From NCBI GenBank assembly GCA_964057225.1, contig OZ059896.1:8122001-8186000 (forward strand): a stretch of DNA of 64,000 bases, read 5' to 3'. Shown one piece after another: positions 1-13,752 of the stretch; within the stretch, counting starts at the first letter, position 1, and every line of letters starts with the position of its first letter. Both the position numbers and the translations under genes were made by a program. This DNA comes from Auanema rhodensis. Taxonomy: Eukaryota > Animalia > Nematoda. The notes beneath the pieces are model-generated. The model ran no database searches, had not been told where the DNA came from, and worked only from the letters and a program-made list of their open reading frames with translations.

Positions 1-1870
1 CTTTCAATAAATGTTGTATGGATGCATAAGGGAACTGATCCTCAAAAGATACTTCCAGATCCATTTTCTTCTTATCATCGATTCTTTCAGGGGGGAACTG
101 AAAAAAAAATTAAAATAATTTTAATGAAAAATAAAAAACCTCGTTATTCTCGTATACAAATTTATTTTCAATAAATTTCAAATAACGATCTTCTAGACTT
201 CTTTTCTTGAAATATTCGGCCACAATCTGACAAATGATTATTAAATAGTTGAATAATTTCAGTACAGTACCGTATCAGGCTTGAATAATTCAGATCGTTT
301 GTATTGTTGTTCATAAAAAAATCGATTTCTTCTCATCAATGGATTATCATCAAATAATAAATAGGTGGCTACAGATCTTGCAGCATCCGATCCAAGCATT
401 GCTGAATTGAAGACAAATTAATTTTTGTGTGTGACAATATAATTGAAAATGCAACCGCAACAGTAAACAATTTCACAAAAATGAAAATAACAAATAGTAT
501 AATCAAAGAATAAAATATAAATATTATATGAAAAATCACCTTTGTATTGACAAAAATGAAGATAATCATATATTGAAGTTATGATATTTCCTGTATTATG
601 GCCATTTATAATAGAAAGACGATATAAGCAATTATGCTGACAACGAACAATAGCTGAACGAATACCTAAAATAGAATAATTATACTAATTAAATTTCTAG
701 AAATATCATTACTAGTTAGTAGAACATCAAAATCTGGATTACCGTCCACTAACGACCAATCAATTTTATCTTGACATACATATCTGTAACAAATATAATG
801 TGTCTACTATTCAAGACTGAAATAAGTAAAATTATTACCTGCATTTTTCATCTTCATCCAAAACTTTATCAAGAGATGTTTCGAAATCATGAATACATCT
901 GCCCCAATCCTCATTTTCGTATGCACTTATACCATCAATATATCTTTGCTAAATTTTATAGTTAGAAGGAAACGGCATAGTTAACAATAAAACATGAAAC
1001 ATCACAGCCCGGTTAGCTCAGTCGGTAGAGCACCAGACTCTTAATCTGGCTGTCGCGGGTTCGAGCCCCGCATCGGGCTTTATACTTTTTTTGTTTTTAT
1101 ATTAATTATATGTTATATATAAATTAAATTAATTATAATGCTTTTAACTTACTTCATAAGGAGAACGTAACTGATCGACAAGCATATCATCATTGTACCC
1201 ATTTTGTTCCATATAAAACTTTAAAGAATCCAAAATGCCTTGATGTCCAGAATTTTGAACAAGAAACGTATAGGCTGCTTGAACTGCTAAAGATAGCTCT
1301 CCCGTCTGAACAAACTGGGTTAAAATTAAGAAATTCAGAATAAATGGAAACCTTCCAATAACATATATGAAGGTACTCAAAAGGTTTTCTCTCCATAAAA
1401 TCAAAGTATGTAGTCATTTTCTTTAATTCGGGCCTCATATCTTCAAAAATGTATAAAGCTAATATCGATCGAAATCAAAAAGCTCGATATAATTAAAACT
1501 TCAGCTTACCAGTAAAACGATCTCTCTTGCAGCGCAAAACACATAATGCTCGTTCAGATTCAGCATAATGCTGGGAGATTGTCTCAACTCCTGGTTTTTC
1601 AACGCGATCATTACAAGTTTTTCGACACGAAATCAGCTCATCTTCATAATATCTTGAAAATAAAAAAATATCAAAATAAATATAAAAAATTGTAATTTAC
1701 CTAAAGTCTTCCCAGGCACGGCGCATAAAAGCAACACAATCTTGCCATTCTCCAACAGTATAAGCAATTTTACCCTCCTGATATAACTCTTCGAACGTTA
1801 TTTCTGGTTGATCCGGGGTGGAATAGACCAGAAGTATATTACAAAACAGAAAAAAATAGAGGAGCCACAT
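1..1870 (-). CDS. Leprecan/CRTAP (prolyl 3-hydroxylase family)-like secreted protein, 5' part; continues beyond the left edge
   Basis: ATG at 1870, signal peptide MWLLYFFLFCNILLVYS, then TFEELYQEGKIAY..W.DCVAFMRRA, CRKTC, ERALCVLRCKR, RKPFEYLHICYWK, CRYVCQ and RCQHNC (repeated CXXXC, typical of the CRTAP/leprecan N-domain). About 10 GT-AG-joined exons stay in frame to position 1. Confidence 0.85.
1007..1079 (+). tRNA. tRNA-Lys, anticodon CTT
   Basis: GCCCGGTTAGCTCAGTCGGTAGAGCACCAGACTCTTAATCTGGCTGTCGCGGGTTCGAGCCCCGCATCGGGCT folds as a full cloverleaf: anticodon arm CCAGA-CT-CTT-AA-TCTGG, GTTCGA T-loop, A/B boxes, T-run terminator downstream. Confidence 0.98.
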
Positions 1871-2248
1871 GTGCTGTGATCGGCGATAAGCACAACTAAG
1901 AAAGTTGTGAAGGAATGTCCCAGCTGCTGACCTTTTGTCTGAACAGCGTGTATAAACTAGCAAATGTCATTGGAAAAGGATCAATTAGGATAGTAGAATG
2001 CTCAACCAAATACACAAAAAGTATAACATATGATCGAATAGATCTCAACAAAATACACTCAAATTCTGAAACTAAGATAGCACTACATGCTTAAGTCTGT
2101 TTAAGTTTGTTCGCACAGGTTGTGCACTTCTTATTTCTCAATCGTAAATACGACCTAATTAATTAATGATTGAAAATTTATTATATTGAAACAACTATAA
2201 TAATCTATACGATAAAAGTCTGATATGTTTCAAGTTTGTGATGAATAT

Positions 2249-2837
<589 letters not shown>

Positions 2838-3308
2838 TCCTACAACTCTGAAACGAATGAAAATAAAAATATGATATCACATTTGTTTCAGCTGGATTGT
2901 GAACGAAGGTATTATTCCTTGTTGTCCCTTCCCAGAGAATGGAACCATAAGTGAAGAATAAAGCTTAGTTATAGAAAATAGTGAACAACATTATAAGATT
3001 TCAATGTTTATTATGCTAAGTTAAGTATTTTTTTCAGTTCAGGTTATAATTACAATTAAAACTTTTAATGATATCATGATTTATTATATTATTATAATTT
3101 TAAATTGTTCGACGTCGAACCGAAAATACTGTTCGTAACACTCGTGATGAACATGAATTATTTTCACGCGCACGTTCTAAAGCTGTTACTGTATTGAGTC
3201 ATAGCTTAAATAATTTAATCGTGTTTAATTATTGTTTTATTAATATTTATAGATTGATTTTTGTTGATTCAGAAGACGGCTTTACCAGCAGGTGAGCGAG
3301 CGGCGTTA
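2838..3308. promoter_or_regulatory. Bidirectional promoter region between ferredoxin (-) and tsp-12 (+)
   Basis: Divergent starts ~470 bp apart; CpG-rich patch with the perfect palindrome GTTCGACGTCGAAC (3107-3120) and CACGCGCACG (~3166) in AT-rich surroundings. Confidence 0.6.
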
Positions 3309-4522
3309 ATGGCGCCGGATCCTCGCCAGAGACCTCGGGGTCGACACCCAGCGCAACAGCGTGTTCATCGACATTCGGTTTGGTTATTTTATTAAATAAT
3401 ATGAAAATGTTTTTCTTAAGACCCACAGATATGTTGCTGGTAGAGGTGGAGGTGAATCTGAAATTAGTTGTTGTGTAAAATATTCTGTATTTGGATTCAA
3501 TGTTTTCTTTTTCTTAATTGGTTTTGCTTTACTGCTCATAGGAGTCTGGGCTCAAGTTGAAAAGAATAACATATATAGTCACTTAAACAAGGTATATTTT
3601 AGAATTTTGTATAATGTAATAATTTATGTTTACAGGCTTCTAAGCTATATCTGGACCCTACTTACTTATTATTAATTATCGGGTTTATTACATTTATGAT
3701 AGGTTCGAATTCACATCATTCGTTTTATTTTTTATTTTTTTTAAAGGATTCAGTGGATGCGTTGGTTCTTTACGTGAAAATACTTCTTTCTTAACATTTT
3801 ATTCAACCTTATTGGGACTATTGCTGATTGCCGAATTTTCGGGTGCTGTGTTTGCATATGCTTGTCGTGACCAGTTGGATACTTATATTAGAAATTTACT
3901 AAATGATGTGGTTCGTATTATTCTTATTTGGTAACAGGAATATGACATGTTTATAGGTTGTTGGTTACCGTGATGATCCAGATCTTCAAGTCTTGATCGA
4001 TACAATGCAAGAAAGCTGGTATTGTTGTGGCATTAACAGCGCCGATGATTGGGAAAAAAATACCTACTTTGCCATCTCTGCTAGAGAAGTAATATTATTA
4101 TAGAATATGCAACATATATATTTTTGTTTTAGATTGCTTCACCAGAAGCCGGTGGCGTTCCCTTTTCATGTTGTCTCAATAGTAGCCAGCAAGCATTTAA
4201 AAATTTTTACTGTGGACATGGCGTTCGTTTATCTAAGGTAATTAATAATTCATTATCTGAGCAAATCCATATTTTAAAGGATGTATCACATGCAGCTACA
4301 AAAATTTATACGGATGGTTGTTTGCCTAAGCTTCAACTTTGGCTAAACAATAATGTTTTTTTAGTTGGAATTACACTGGTAATAATAGCTGTGATACAGG
4401 TAATTTTTTAAAAATATACCTGTTTAATAAAAATTATGTTTAAGATTCTTGGAATTTGTTTCGCCCAAAATTTGAAAAGTGATATCTTTGCTCAGCGAGC
4501 TAAATGGTATTATACTCACTAA
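3309..4522 (+). CDS. tsp-12: TspanC8 tetraspanin TSP-12
   Basis: GGESEISCCVKYSVFGFN, GCVGSLREN, YRDDPDLQ, CCG motif, GGVPFSCC, GCLPKLQLWL, ending AQRAKWYYTH*; closely resembles C. elegans TSP-12 as recalled. Multiple ~45-nt introns. Confidence 0.95.
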
Positions 4523-4924
4523 TAGAAACTCAATATCCAAATCATTTTCTTAATCTGTTTTATGTAGGTGATTTTATGTGATTTCCTATGTGTATATGCG
4601 TCATTCCTCTAAGTATAATCTATAACAAAGCATTAATCTTTCAACAAGCACTTGGGTTTTATATTCAAACAATCTCATTCCTGTGTTTTTGTATTTTCTG
4701 CTATTCATATTCAATTGTGCCTTCATTATCTTTCTTTTCTTGTCTCTTCCCTATTCTCATTTTTATCATTTCTACGCATTCAGTTTGATCATAATGAAAA
4801 TATTGTTGGCTCAACTATGGTTTTAATAAAATCAATACAATTTAATTTTTTTCATAGAAGGTTTTACTAACCAGCATATTTATATTAAAATAGTCTACAT
4901 ACTTTGCAATGTATTTCCACTTAG

Positions 4925-7161
4925 ATGGCAGATCTCATATTGGGGTTAAAATCCACAATAAAGCGAAAATTAGGTTGGGAAAATGATCAACATGTAGAGA
5001 AGCCACCACAAAGTCTCGAAGAAGTGATAGATAAATTACCTGTATAGTTGAAACTATTTTATTTCCAAGAAGTTCACTATTTTAGAATACTTTCAAAGAA
5101 GCAATCAATAATGAACTTGTGTATCGAAGATGGGCAGCTTTCACTTTTATTTTATTGGTATTAGGTGTGGGATTTCCTCTGTGGTACTATACAACTGTGA
5201 CCGAACGCTACCCATTTGCAACTTTTCCAAAGAATCAACTTATCACCTTTGAAATCAAGTTTGTTATTCTTCTTCATTAAATCACATTGCTACTGTTTAA
5301 GAATCGTAACTGCCTACACAGAAGAATCAATTGCTACTGAACTTAAGTCCTATGAATCTGAACTTCTTGAAAAATTGAATCATGCGGAAGTTGTGAAACC
5401 TTTGCGCGTTAAGTGGGCAATCGACGTTATAGGCAAGAAGTTAGTATGGTTATATAAAGAAATTTAATGAAAATTCAATTATTATAGAACTGTTGAGGAG
5501 GCAGCCGAAGATCTTGAACATCGTTCGGACTCCTCTCTTGAAGTTAAAATTTTGATGATACCTTCCAAGGATTGGCTACATTTCTCAGCTACAAACGTCC
5601 ATATGTCAAAGGGTCAGTGGGCATATTTTCAATGGAAAGATGAAGAAGAGCGAGGAAAGCGTGTGGATAGGCTAGAAGGGCTGATCCGCGAAGTATGAAC
5701 TATTGAGCTTTTCATTAATGTTAACTAAAGTATTTCTAGGTATTAGTAGATGTTCCTCATCTGAATGTGATTGTACGAAGAGATTTACGACAACGTATGG
5801 AACCGTGGCAAATCGCGACATTACCTCTTTCTCATCAAGTATGCAAGCTTCATATCTAACTGATTTTATTTTTATTTTCTTAGAAAAGATTGGTATGGGA
5901 TTCAGCCCCATTAGCAATGCATTATGTAGTTCAAATTCTCCATATACACGATAATGCTCGTCCTTCTGACTATGATAACGATAAAACTGAAAAGGTTGTT
6001 AGAAAATTGGCTGAAAAGTTAGAAAATATAACTACGATCAAGGTAACTGTTTATTTTTTAAATTCTATTAATCGTCTAAATATCACAGGTATCTTCTGAG
6101 CATTTCTGGGATTTTTCCATAAATTCTTTCTTAGAAAAAGATGTTCAAGATAGATGGACTCTTTCTAATGAAGCACTGGAAAGAGTTATTAAAGAGGTAC
6201 CGCCTTCCAAAAAATTCAAAGATTAAATAGATTTTAGGTTGATGCTTACTCACAATCCATAGAATCAGCTTATCCTTTGTTGAAAATAGCAATCCTTGAA
6301 ACTACTGAGCCTATTATTATGTTAGATTACTATGTGGGATTAATTTTCAGCTTTATAAATATTTCAAAGTTTTGCTTTAGGGAGATGATAGTAGAGGAGC
6401 TGCTATTGCTGCATGGGGATCTGTTGTACCTCGCTCAGTTCAAACGGAAAGCAGAGTACTTGCGTCCCTTCGCGTACTTCTGGGGATAGATGCTGAATTA
6501 GGAATTGGGTGGACGAGAGAATCCGTTCCGTTAGCATCATGGGAGATCAATCGAATGCGTCTCAGAGCAACGTTGGATAATGCCATGAGAGGTATAAGTG
6601 CTGTAGCAACCTTGAAGGTATTTTTTTGGATGATATTCCTTAACTTACCAACTTCCTCAGGTTCTGGAACAAGAAATAACTACCATTGTAATTAATGAGG
6701 AAGTAGCTTCTAAAGCAAATCTCGCTGTTACTTTGATAAGTAAAGGAATTTCCTCTTCGAAATCACCTGACCTACCTTTGGTTAGTGATTTTCGACTTTA
6801 AACATAATTATATTTTCCACACAATCACTTTGTAGTCTTAAACATTTTCTTTCAGATCAGAAGAGGCCGTGTCCTAGCAGATGAAGCAATTTCGCACCCC
6901 AGTCTTCTCTCTATTTTGTATTTCCCTCAGGATCAAACGTTCGCAGTTTACGTCCCGATCCTTCTACCAATAGTTGTTCCTTTCATATCTTCATTATACC
7001 AATTAATGAATTGGCTTGTTTTAGACAGAATCAGACGTCTTTCTATCATTACGTATTATTCTTTCATCGTAGCTGTTTTGGCTATGGTTTCTTATTTCTC
7101 TGGACTTAACTTTTCATTTGATTTTTTGACCGCTGATGTTTCAAATAGCACCGCTTCTTAA
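4925..7161 (+). CDS. PIGS: GPI transamidase subunit PIG-S
   Basis: N-terminal TM followed by GFPLWYYTTVTERYP; IAAWG; FRVLLG; AISHPSLLSILYFPQDQTFAVYVPILLPIVVP C-terminal signature. ATG directly follows a CTTAG acceptor. Confidence 0.9.
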
Positions 7162-7931
7162 TCTAGTCTTAATGTTAAAGCAGTAACTATAACATATTCA
7201 TTCATTAATTTATTTTTTAAGCTTCATATCAGTTTGTACATGTCATATGAATGCGGGTCCCAGTTTGACTGTCTTAGGTTAAATAATTTGTAGCTTAAAG
7301 CTTCATTGCTCTTGGTTTGAAGTATAAAACATTTATACAAATTGCATTTTTAGAACATTTTCTCGAATTTTATCCAAGCTATGAAATAGTTTCCAAAAAA
7401 AACTATAGTTTCAGTTGTTTACTCTTTATATACATTGCTTAATGTTCTACACCTAGTTTCTATGATAGAAATTGAAAAATAATGAGAGACTATGAGAAAG
7501 AAGAGGAAAATAAACGAGAAATTGGCTGTCTACCCTAAACTAGACCGACTTTTGAAGGAATTGATTTCAAAACCAGGGTATTAGGAGAGGCGAAGGCAGT
7601 AACGACAACGATAAACGGGTCCGTTCACACCTCATTGGAGAAGGCCCTGCCAGGATAGTTTTCAGCTTCTGAGTTCACTCTCTAAATTTTCAATTACATA
7701 TTACTTACTTACTTCTTAAGTGTAGTTTTCTCTCTAAACGTATAAACTTCATTCAACCATTACTTTTGATTCTCAAAATGTGCTTTCAACTAGACTAAGG
7801 TTCGATCGTTTAACAGAAAGACCTTTGTATAGTTTGTCAGTAATAAGTCTTTCACCTTTTCAAATTTTTCTTTCCATTTTTTTTATATTTTCTAATTTTT
7901 TTTAAAAATTATTAGAAATAGTGGTGTATGG

Positions 7932-10900
7932 ATGGGTGCGTGGTGTTCGAGTAACAAGTCTTCAAACTATGGTGGAGGCAGAATGGCTTTTGATCCAGAT
8001 GAAAAATGGTCTAATCTTTATCGTGAACGAGAGAAAAATCATTTGTATAAATGGGTTGGAGTTCGAAAAGGTAGGTTTTCATAAGTATTGTTTCAATTTT
8101 CGTTTTTGTTCCTTAGATGGTGAACTGATTACAATCTATGAGAGGGATTCTGAAGAAGGTGTGCTAAAATTTGCAGAAGAAAAGATGCCAGCCATGTTGT
8201 ACGACGATGGCTTGAAAGGAGGCCATTTGATCAAGTATAACGAATATTTGAAGTGGAGAAAAGCTTTGGTAGAATTTTTAATATAATACAGTTGAAAGTT
8301 ACAAATTATTTTAGAATATGCAACTTGGATTATCTGACGCTGGCATTGATATGACACAATCTAAATTTGTAGAGCATCGAGCTTTATGGAAATTGAACAA
8401 GCGTGGTGTTGAAGGCGAAAACATTGTTCATTTGTTGCTTAATAGGTTCGTATACATTTCTTTAAAATGCTTAAAAAAACTTTTTGTCATTGACTTTAGG
8501 GATCAATTGGTTTGTCATGAAGTTGCTCGAATTCTACTCCGCCGGTATCCAGCATTAGCCAACGATATATATCTTGGAGATCAGAAATTTGGTAATTCGT
8601 TTAGAAATTGGTCTAACATCTCAATTGTTTTGTAAATAATCCAAAATGTTTCCAATTGTTCTGAATTTTTCAAAGAATTTACTGAGAATGATGATGATGT
8701 TGATCATTAGCAATTTTGTGAATCAAAAACGCTTCCATCTTCTTCATTTCACTCTGTTAATTGAATTGAAGGATTAGCTTCAGAAAGCAATTGTGGGCTT
8801 CGCACATTCGCAACGACCTCAGAATGATGATCATAAAAATGAAGAGCAAAAAAAGTGCTCCAATTATTTCAAAAAATAAATTTTGCATTATGGAACTTCT
8901 GTTTTGTTTTTTGAGGTCAATCAGCTTTACATCTATCAATTGTGCATGATGATTATGAGACCATTCAACTTCTTCTAAGTTGTGGAGCTGATGTTAATGC
9001 ACGAGCTTGTGGCAGCTTTTTTCTTCCTGAAGATTATAAAAATAATCAAAAGGTTACAGATTACCAAGGTAATTTATGATCTAAAATAAATAAATAAATT
9101 CGAATATTTAGGTTATGCCTATTATGGTGAATATCCATTAGCATTTGCTGCATGCTTCGGAAATAAAGATATTTATGATTTGCTGATTCAAAATGGAGCT
9201 GATCCAAATAGAAAAGATTTTTTTGGAAATACAGTTTTACATATGTGTGTCATTAACTACAGCAGTGTTAGTATTACAATATATAATTAAAATTATATCA
9301 ATAATATAATATTAAGTCGATGTATTCGTATGCTGTGAGACACTGGGCCAAACCTGCTGATCCAAATATTGTTAATGAAGCTGGATATACACCTCTGACA
9401 TTGGCAACTAAATTGGGTCGAAAGAATATTTTTGAAGAAATGTTAGAACTTATGAAAGTAGTAAGTATATATAGAATTATATAAATTATTCGTTACTCAA
9501 TAATACTTGAAGGAATTTTGGCGTTTCTCGGATATGACTTGTTCAGCTTATCCATTAACAACATTAGATACAATCAGACCTGATGGAACAACAAGTAATA
9601 CACTAATTATTATAAATTTTTATGTAATTTTCTAGATTATGACTCAGCATTGATGACCGTAATTAATGGCAGTACCCCAGAACATCTAGATATGATTGGC
9701 AGTGAAGTAATACAGCGTCTGCTAGCTGATAAATGGAAAGCATTTGCAATGGTTTTATTAATATATTTTTAATTTTTCATAAGCTTCATTCAGAGAAAGT
9801 TAATCGAACGTCTTGTTTTACTTGTAATTCAATTAATAACTTTATCTATTGTGGTATATATAAGACCAACTGAAAGTAAACGTCTGTACATGGAAGAACC
9901 ACAGTGGGATGATTGGGTTAGATCATACACATAATTATTATTTAATTAAGTTTTTAATTAATTATAGGTACGCACTGTTGCTGAAGTTTTAACTATTCTA
10001 AACTGTCTTTTCTTTGTATTTGTCCAACAAATGACGGAGTTTCGTTCACATGGTTTGCATGGATATCTTAGGAATTTGGTAATCCCTCATTACAATTTTT
10101 TTTAAAATTTTAATTAAACTTTTTCTAGAGTACTGCTCCAGCTAAAGCTGTTTACTGTGTGGCTAACTTGTGTATTCTAGCTTGTATACCGTTTAGATTT
10201 TTGAGATTGCATGAGTATGAGGAAGCATTATTCGTATTTGCTTTACCTGGTTCATGGATCTTCCTATTGTTTTTTGCAAGGTTTTCCCGTTTCCTTTCAT
10301 TAAAAATAATTTTTAAACATTTATTCGTTAAATTATATTTTTGCAGAAGTGCTAAGCTAACTGGACCGTTTGTGCAAATGATATATAGTATGATTGCTGG
10401 TGATATGATTCGTTTCGCAATTATTTCAGCAATTTTCCTTATTTCTTTTTCACAAGGTATACAATTTTACAATATAAATATAAATATTGTTTTTATTTTT
10501 TTTAATTCCCTATCCTAATTATCGTTTTCAGTTTTCTATTTTGTCGGCAAAGATATGGCGGCTAAGCAAAAATTAAATTCAACAAATCCTAATCATTGTG
10601 CAATCACAGGCTATACTATTTATACGTATAGTAATTTTCCAGAAACTTTCATTACATTATTTCGTGCTAGTATGGGCGGTTATGACGTAAATTGAGAAAA
10701 AGAATTAGCCAGAACTAATCGAAAGTTTATTTTAGTATGAAGAATTTGCTTGTGCTAACTATGAAGCATTAACAAAGACTCTATTCGTACTTTATATGTT
10801 TGTCATGCCAATTATGATGATAAACATATTAATTGCTATGATGGGAAATACATATACTACGGTTATAGCTCAAGCTGAAAAAGCATGGAGACAACAGGTG

Positions 10901-12277
10901 ATTGAAATGCAATTAAAATCAATTATTTTCTTTAATTATAATCTTTATTACAAAGTTTTAGTATGCTCAAATTGTAATGAACTTAGAGCGATCAGTTTGC
11001 CGAGAAAAATTGGCTGCAAGTCAACTTGAATACAGTATACGATTAAGTGAAGCGTATGTTATATGATTTGTCCTTTAATTATCAAATTTGATAGTAAAAA
11101 ATCAAAAAAACAACCAATTTTACAAAATTATAAAATCAAGTTTTGATTAAAACAACAGTTTTAGCGAGTATATATTATATATTAAATAAAAATAAAAGCT
11201 CAATTACAGATTATAAGCCTTTTACGTCATTAAACGTTATTGAAGAAAAATACGTGAAATTAGAAATAATACTTTAAATAGAACATTTATAAATTTTATA
11301 AATAGGTATTAACTTTCAAAATTTTAGAGATGTAGGACAGGAAGTACGAGGTTTGATGGTTATTAAGCAGACAAAGAAAACGAGAGCTCGCCAACGGAAG
11401 CAAGCTATTAATAATTGGAAAACAATTGGTCGAAAAGTGAATATTTTTGAGAAGTAAATCAATAAAAAAGAATCTGATGTTTAAGGTCATTCAAACAATT
11501 GATAAAGTTGGTAAAGCTCAAGCTAGTATTTTACTTCATGTTCATGATCGTATATGTGATGAGAGAGCTGATCGATTTTATAGTCGTGCACCATCTCGAG
11601 TATCGCATCGTACTTCGACACCGAGACCTGAGGCAATTTGTTCTATTAATATTTTTCTGATCTTTGAATGTTTCAGGTAAAAGTGATTGATGCTTCAAAT
11701 GCTTCGCTTCCAACGTCATTACATCCCCGTACAGCCGAAAACTTAATGGTTATGCCAATGGTAAATACATTTGAATATAACTATTAATATAAATATATAT
11801 AAACTAATAAATTGAAAGAACATATATGAAACTCAATTAAAGTTTTTTTTATATGTTTCACTGAAAAATGTTTTTTTTTATGAATCATTAGGCATAAATT
11901 CGTTATGATCTAGTTATAAGCTAATCAGAAAATATTTTACTTACATCAGACATTTCAAATTTTGAATTATCTTCAAGTGTACATTATAAATAGTTTTTAA
12001 AACAGTCTATTCATGTATATATATCACTAACGTTCATAAATTTTCAGCGAAAAGTAAATCGATCTCATCGTGGTTCTCTAAATGAAGAAATGACACGAAC
12101 TAAAGAAGAAGTACATCCAATAGTTCAGGTATATCTTAATTATTTATTAATTTAATAACAAATATATATTTATTTTAGCTAAGACGTCATTCTACTAAAG
12201 ATGAATCGTTTGATCTACCAAATATACCGCCGACAGCAAATCGTCGTTCAGATTTTTTCCGTAAAAGAGGAGAATAA
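7932..12277 (+). CDS. osm-9: TRPV channel OSM-9 (ankyrin repeats + 6TM)
   Basis: [98 protein letters not shown]; ends FFRKRGE* after about 20 exons. Confidence 0.96.
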
Positions 12278-12855
12278 CTGAATAACATACTAATTGATAT
12301 GTTTATTTTTCAATATAACTATAATAAGAGTAGCAAAACTTGTATAATACTAAGGGGATGTTTTAGAAAATCAGCTAGATTTTTGTTTATTCTGCTCATG
12401 TATCTGAAAACAACTTTATTCAACCACATTAATTATAACGAAAATCTCTCAAAAATTCTCAACTGTCATACAATGCTTTTGTTTTATTTTAAACGATATA
12501 CTATATATTATAAATTAGTATATAACATATTGTTCAAAACCTTTATTATTATTTGTTTGAATTTAATAATGAAATTGAGTTTTTATAATAATAATAATAC
12601 TATACTATATAAAGAACAAGCGTGTGAGATTGAACTTCCGCCTATTTCAGGAAATCATTGAAAATTTTGGAAGTTTTAATTAATTTTTTTTGATTTTTAA
12701 ATCTTAATTAGTTTAATTAATAAATATGAATCACAAAAATAGACATATTTCATATGTTAATATGCATATATACTTTATTTTTTATAGTTTTCTATTGTTT
12801 TGAGATTATTTGGACAAAATATGTGTGTATGTTTTATTTTATTTTATTATTATGT

Positions 12856-12887
<32 letters not shown>

Positions 12888-13752
12888 GTATATTAATATT
12901 ATTTTTAAAAATAAACACATTTTAACATTTGAATTGTTTATAATTTATTCCTATAATTAAACAATTCTTTACTTTTTCATTATTTGATATGAAATATACT
13001 GTTGATTGAGGTTATAGTATAGTTAAATGATTTAAAAATATAATTGTATAAGTAATAAGATATATATATATATATAGACATATAAACATATATATGTACA
13101 TATATATTTAAAATAAAAACATAAAAATGAGACCATGTATTCATTGTGTAACAAGGAAAAAAAAATATAATTACATTCATTTGTATAAATTTGTTTTTTT
13201 TTCTATTAAAATAATATTTTTAGTTTTTTTTTTCTCAGTTTTGATTTGAAGGCATGGTTCATACAATATGAATATAGATATATAATAAGAAAATAAACTA
13301 TATCACAAAGCAATAAAATTATTAAATTGGAAAATCAGAAGACTATTTCAAAAAATTGCACAGATTTTCCTATATAATAGTATTTGGAACAAGTACCAAC
13401 AAATCAACAATGCATCACAATATATAAGAGAAATTTCAAAAAAAAAAAGAAAAAAGAAGAAAAGGTTTGCCAACAATGAGAGAGATAGTTATGATATCCT
13501 GAGACTATCAGATGGAAATATAGTTTGAAATATATATAATAATTTTAAAAATTATTTGATAAACTAATAAAAGAAAATTCAAAAACAAAAATACATATAT
13601 GTATGTGAAATATGTACATATTTAAAGTGAATTGACTAGACTGTCATAACTTTAAAATCACATTAAAATTCAATTAAATGATATAATATAATATAAAAAA
13701 ATGAGAGTAATGTGATCTATTTGAGGTTACAAGGATATATACTTTGAATTCT

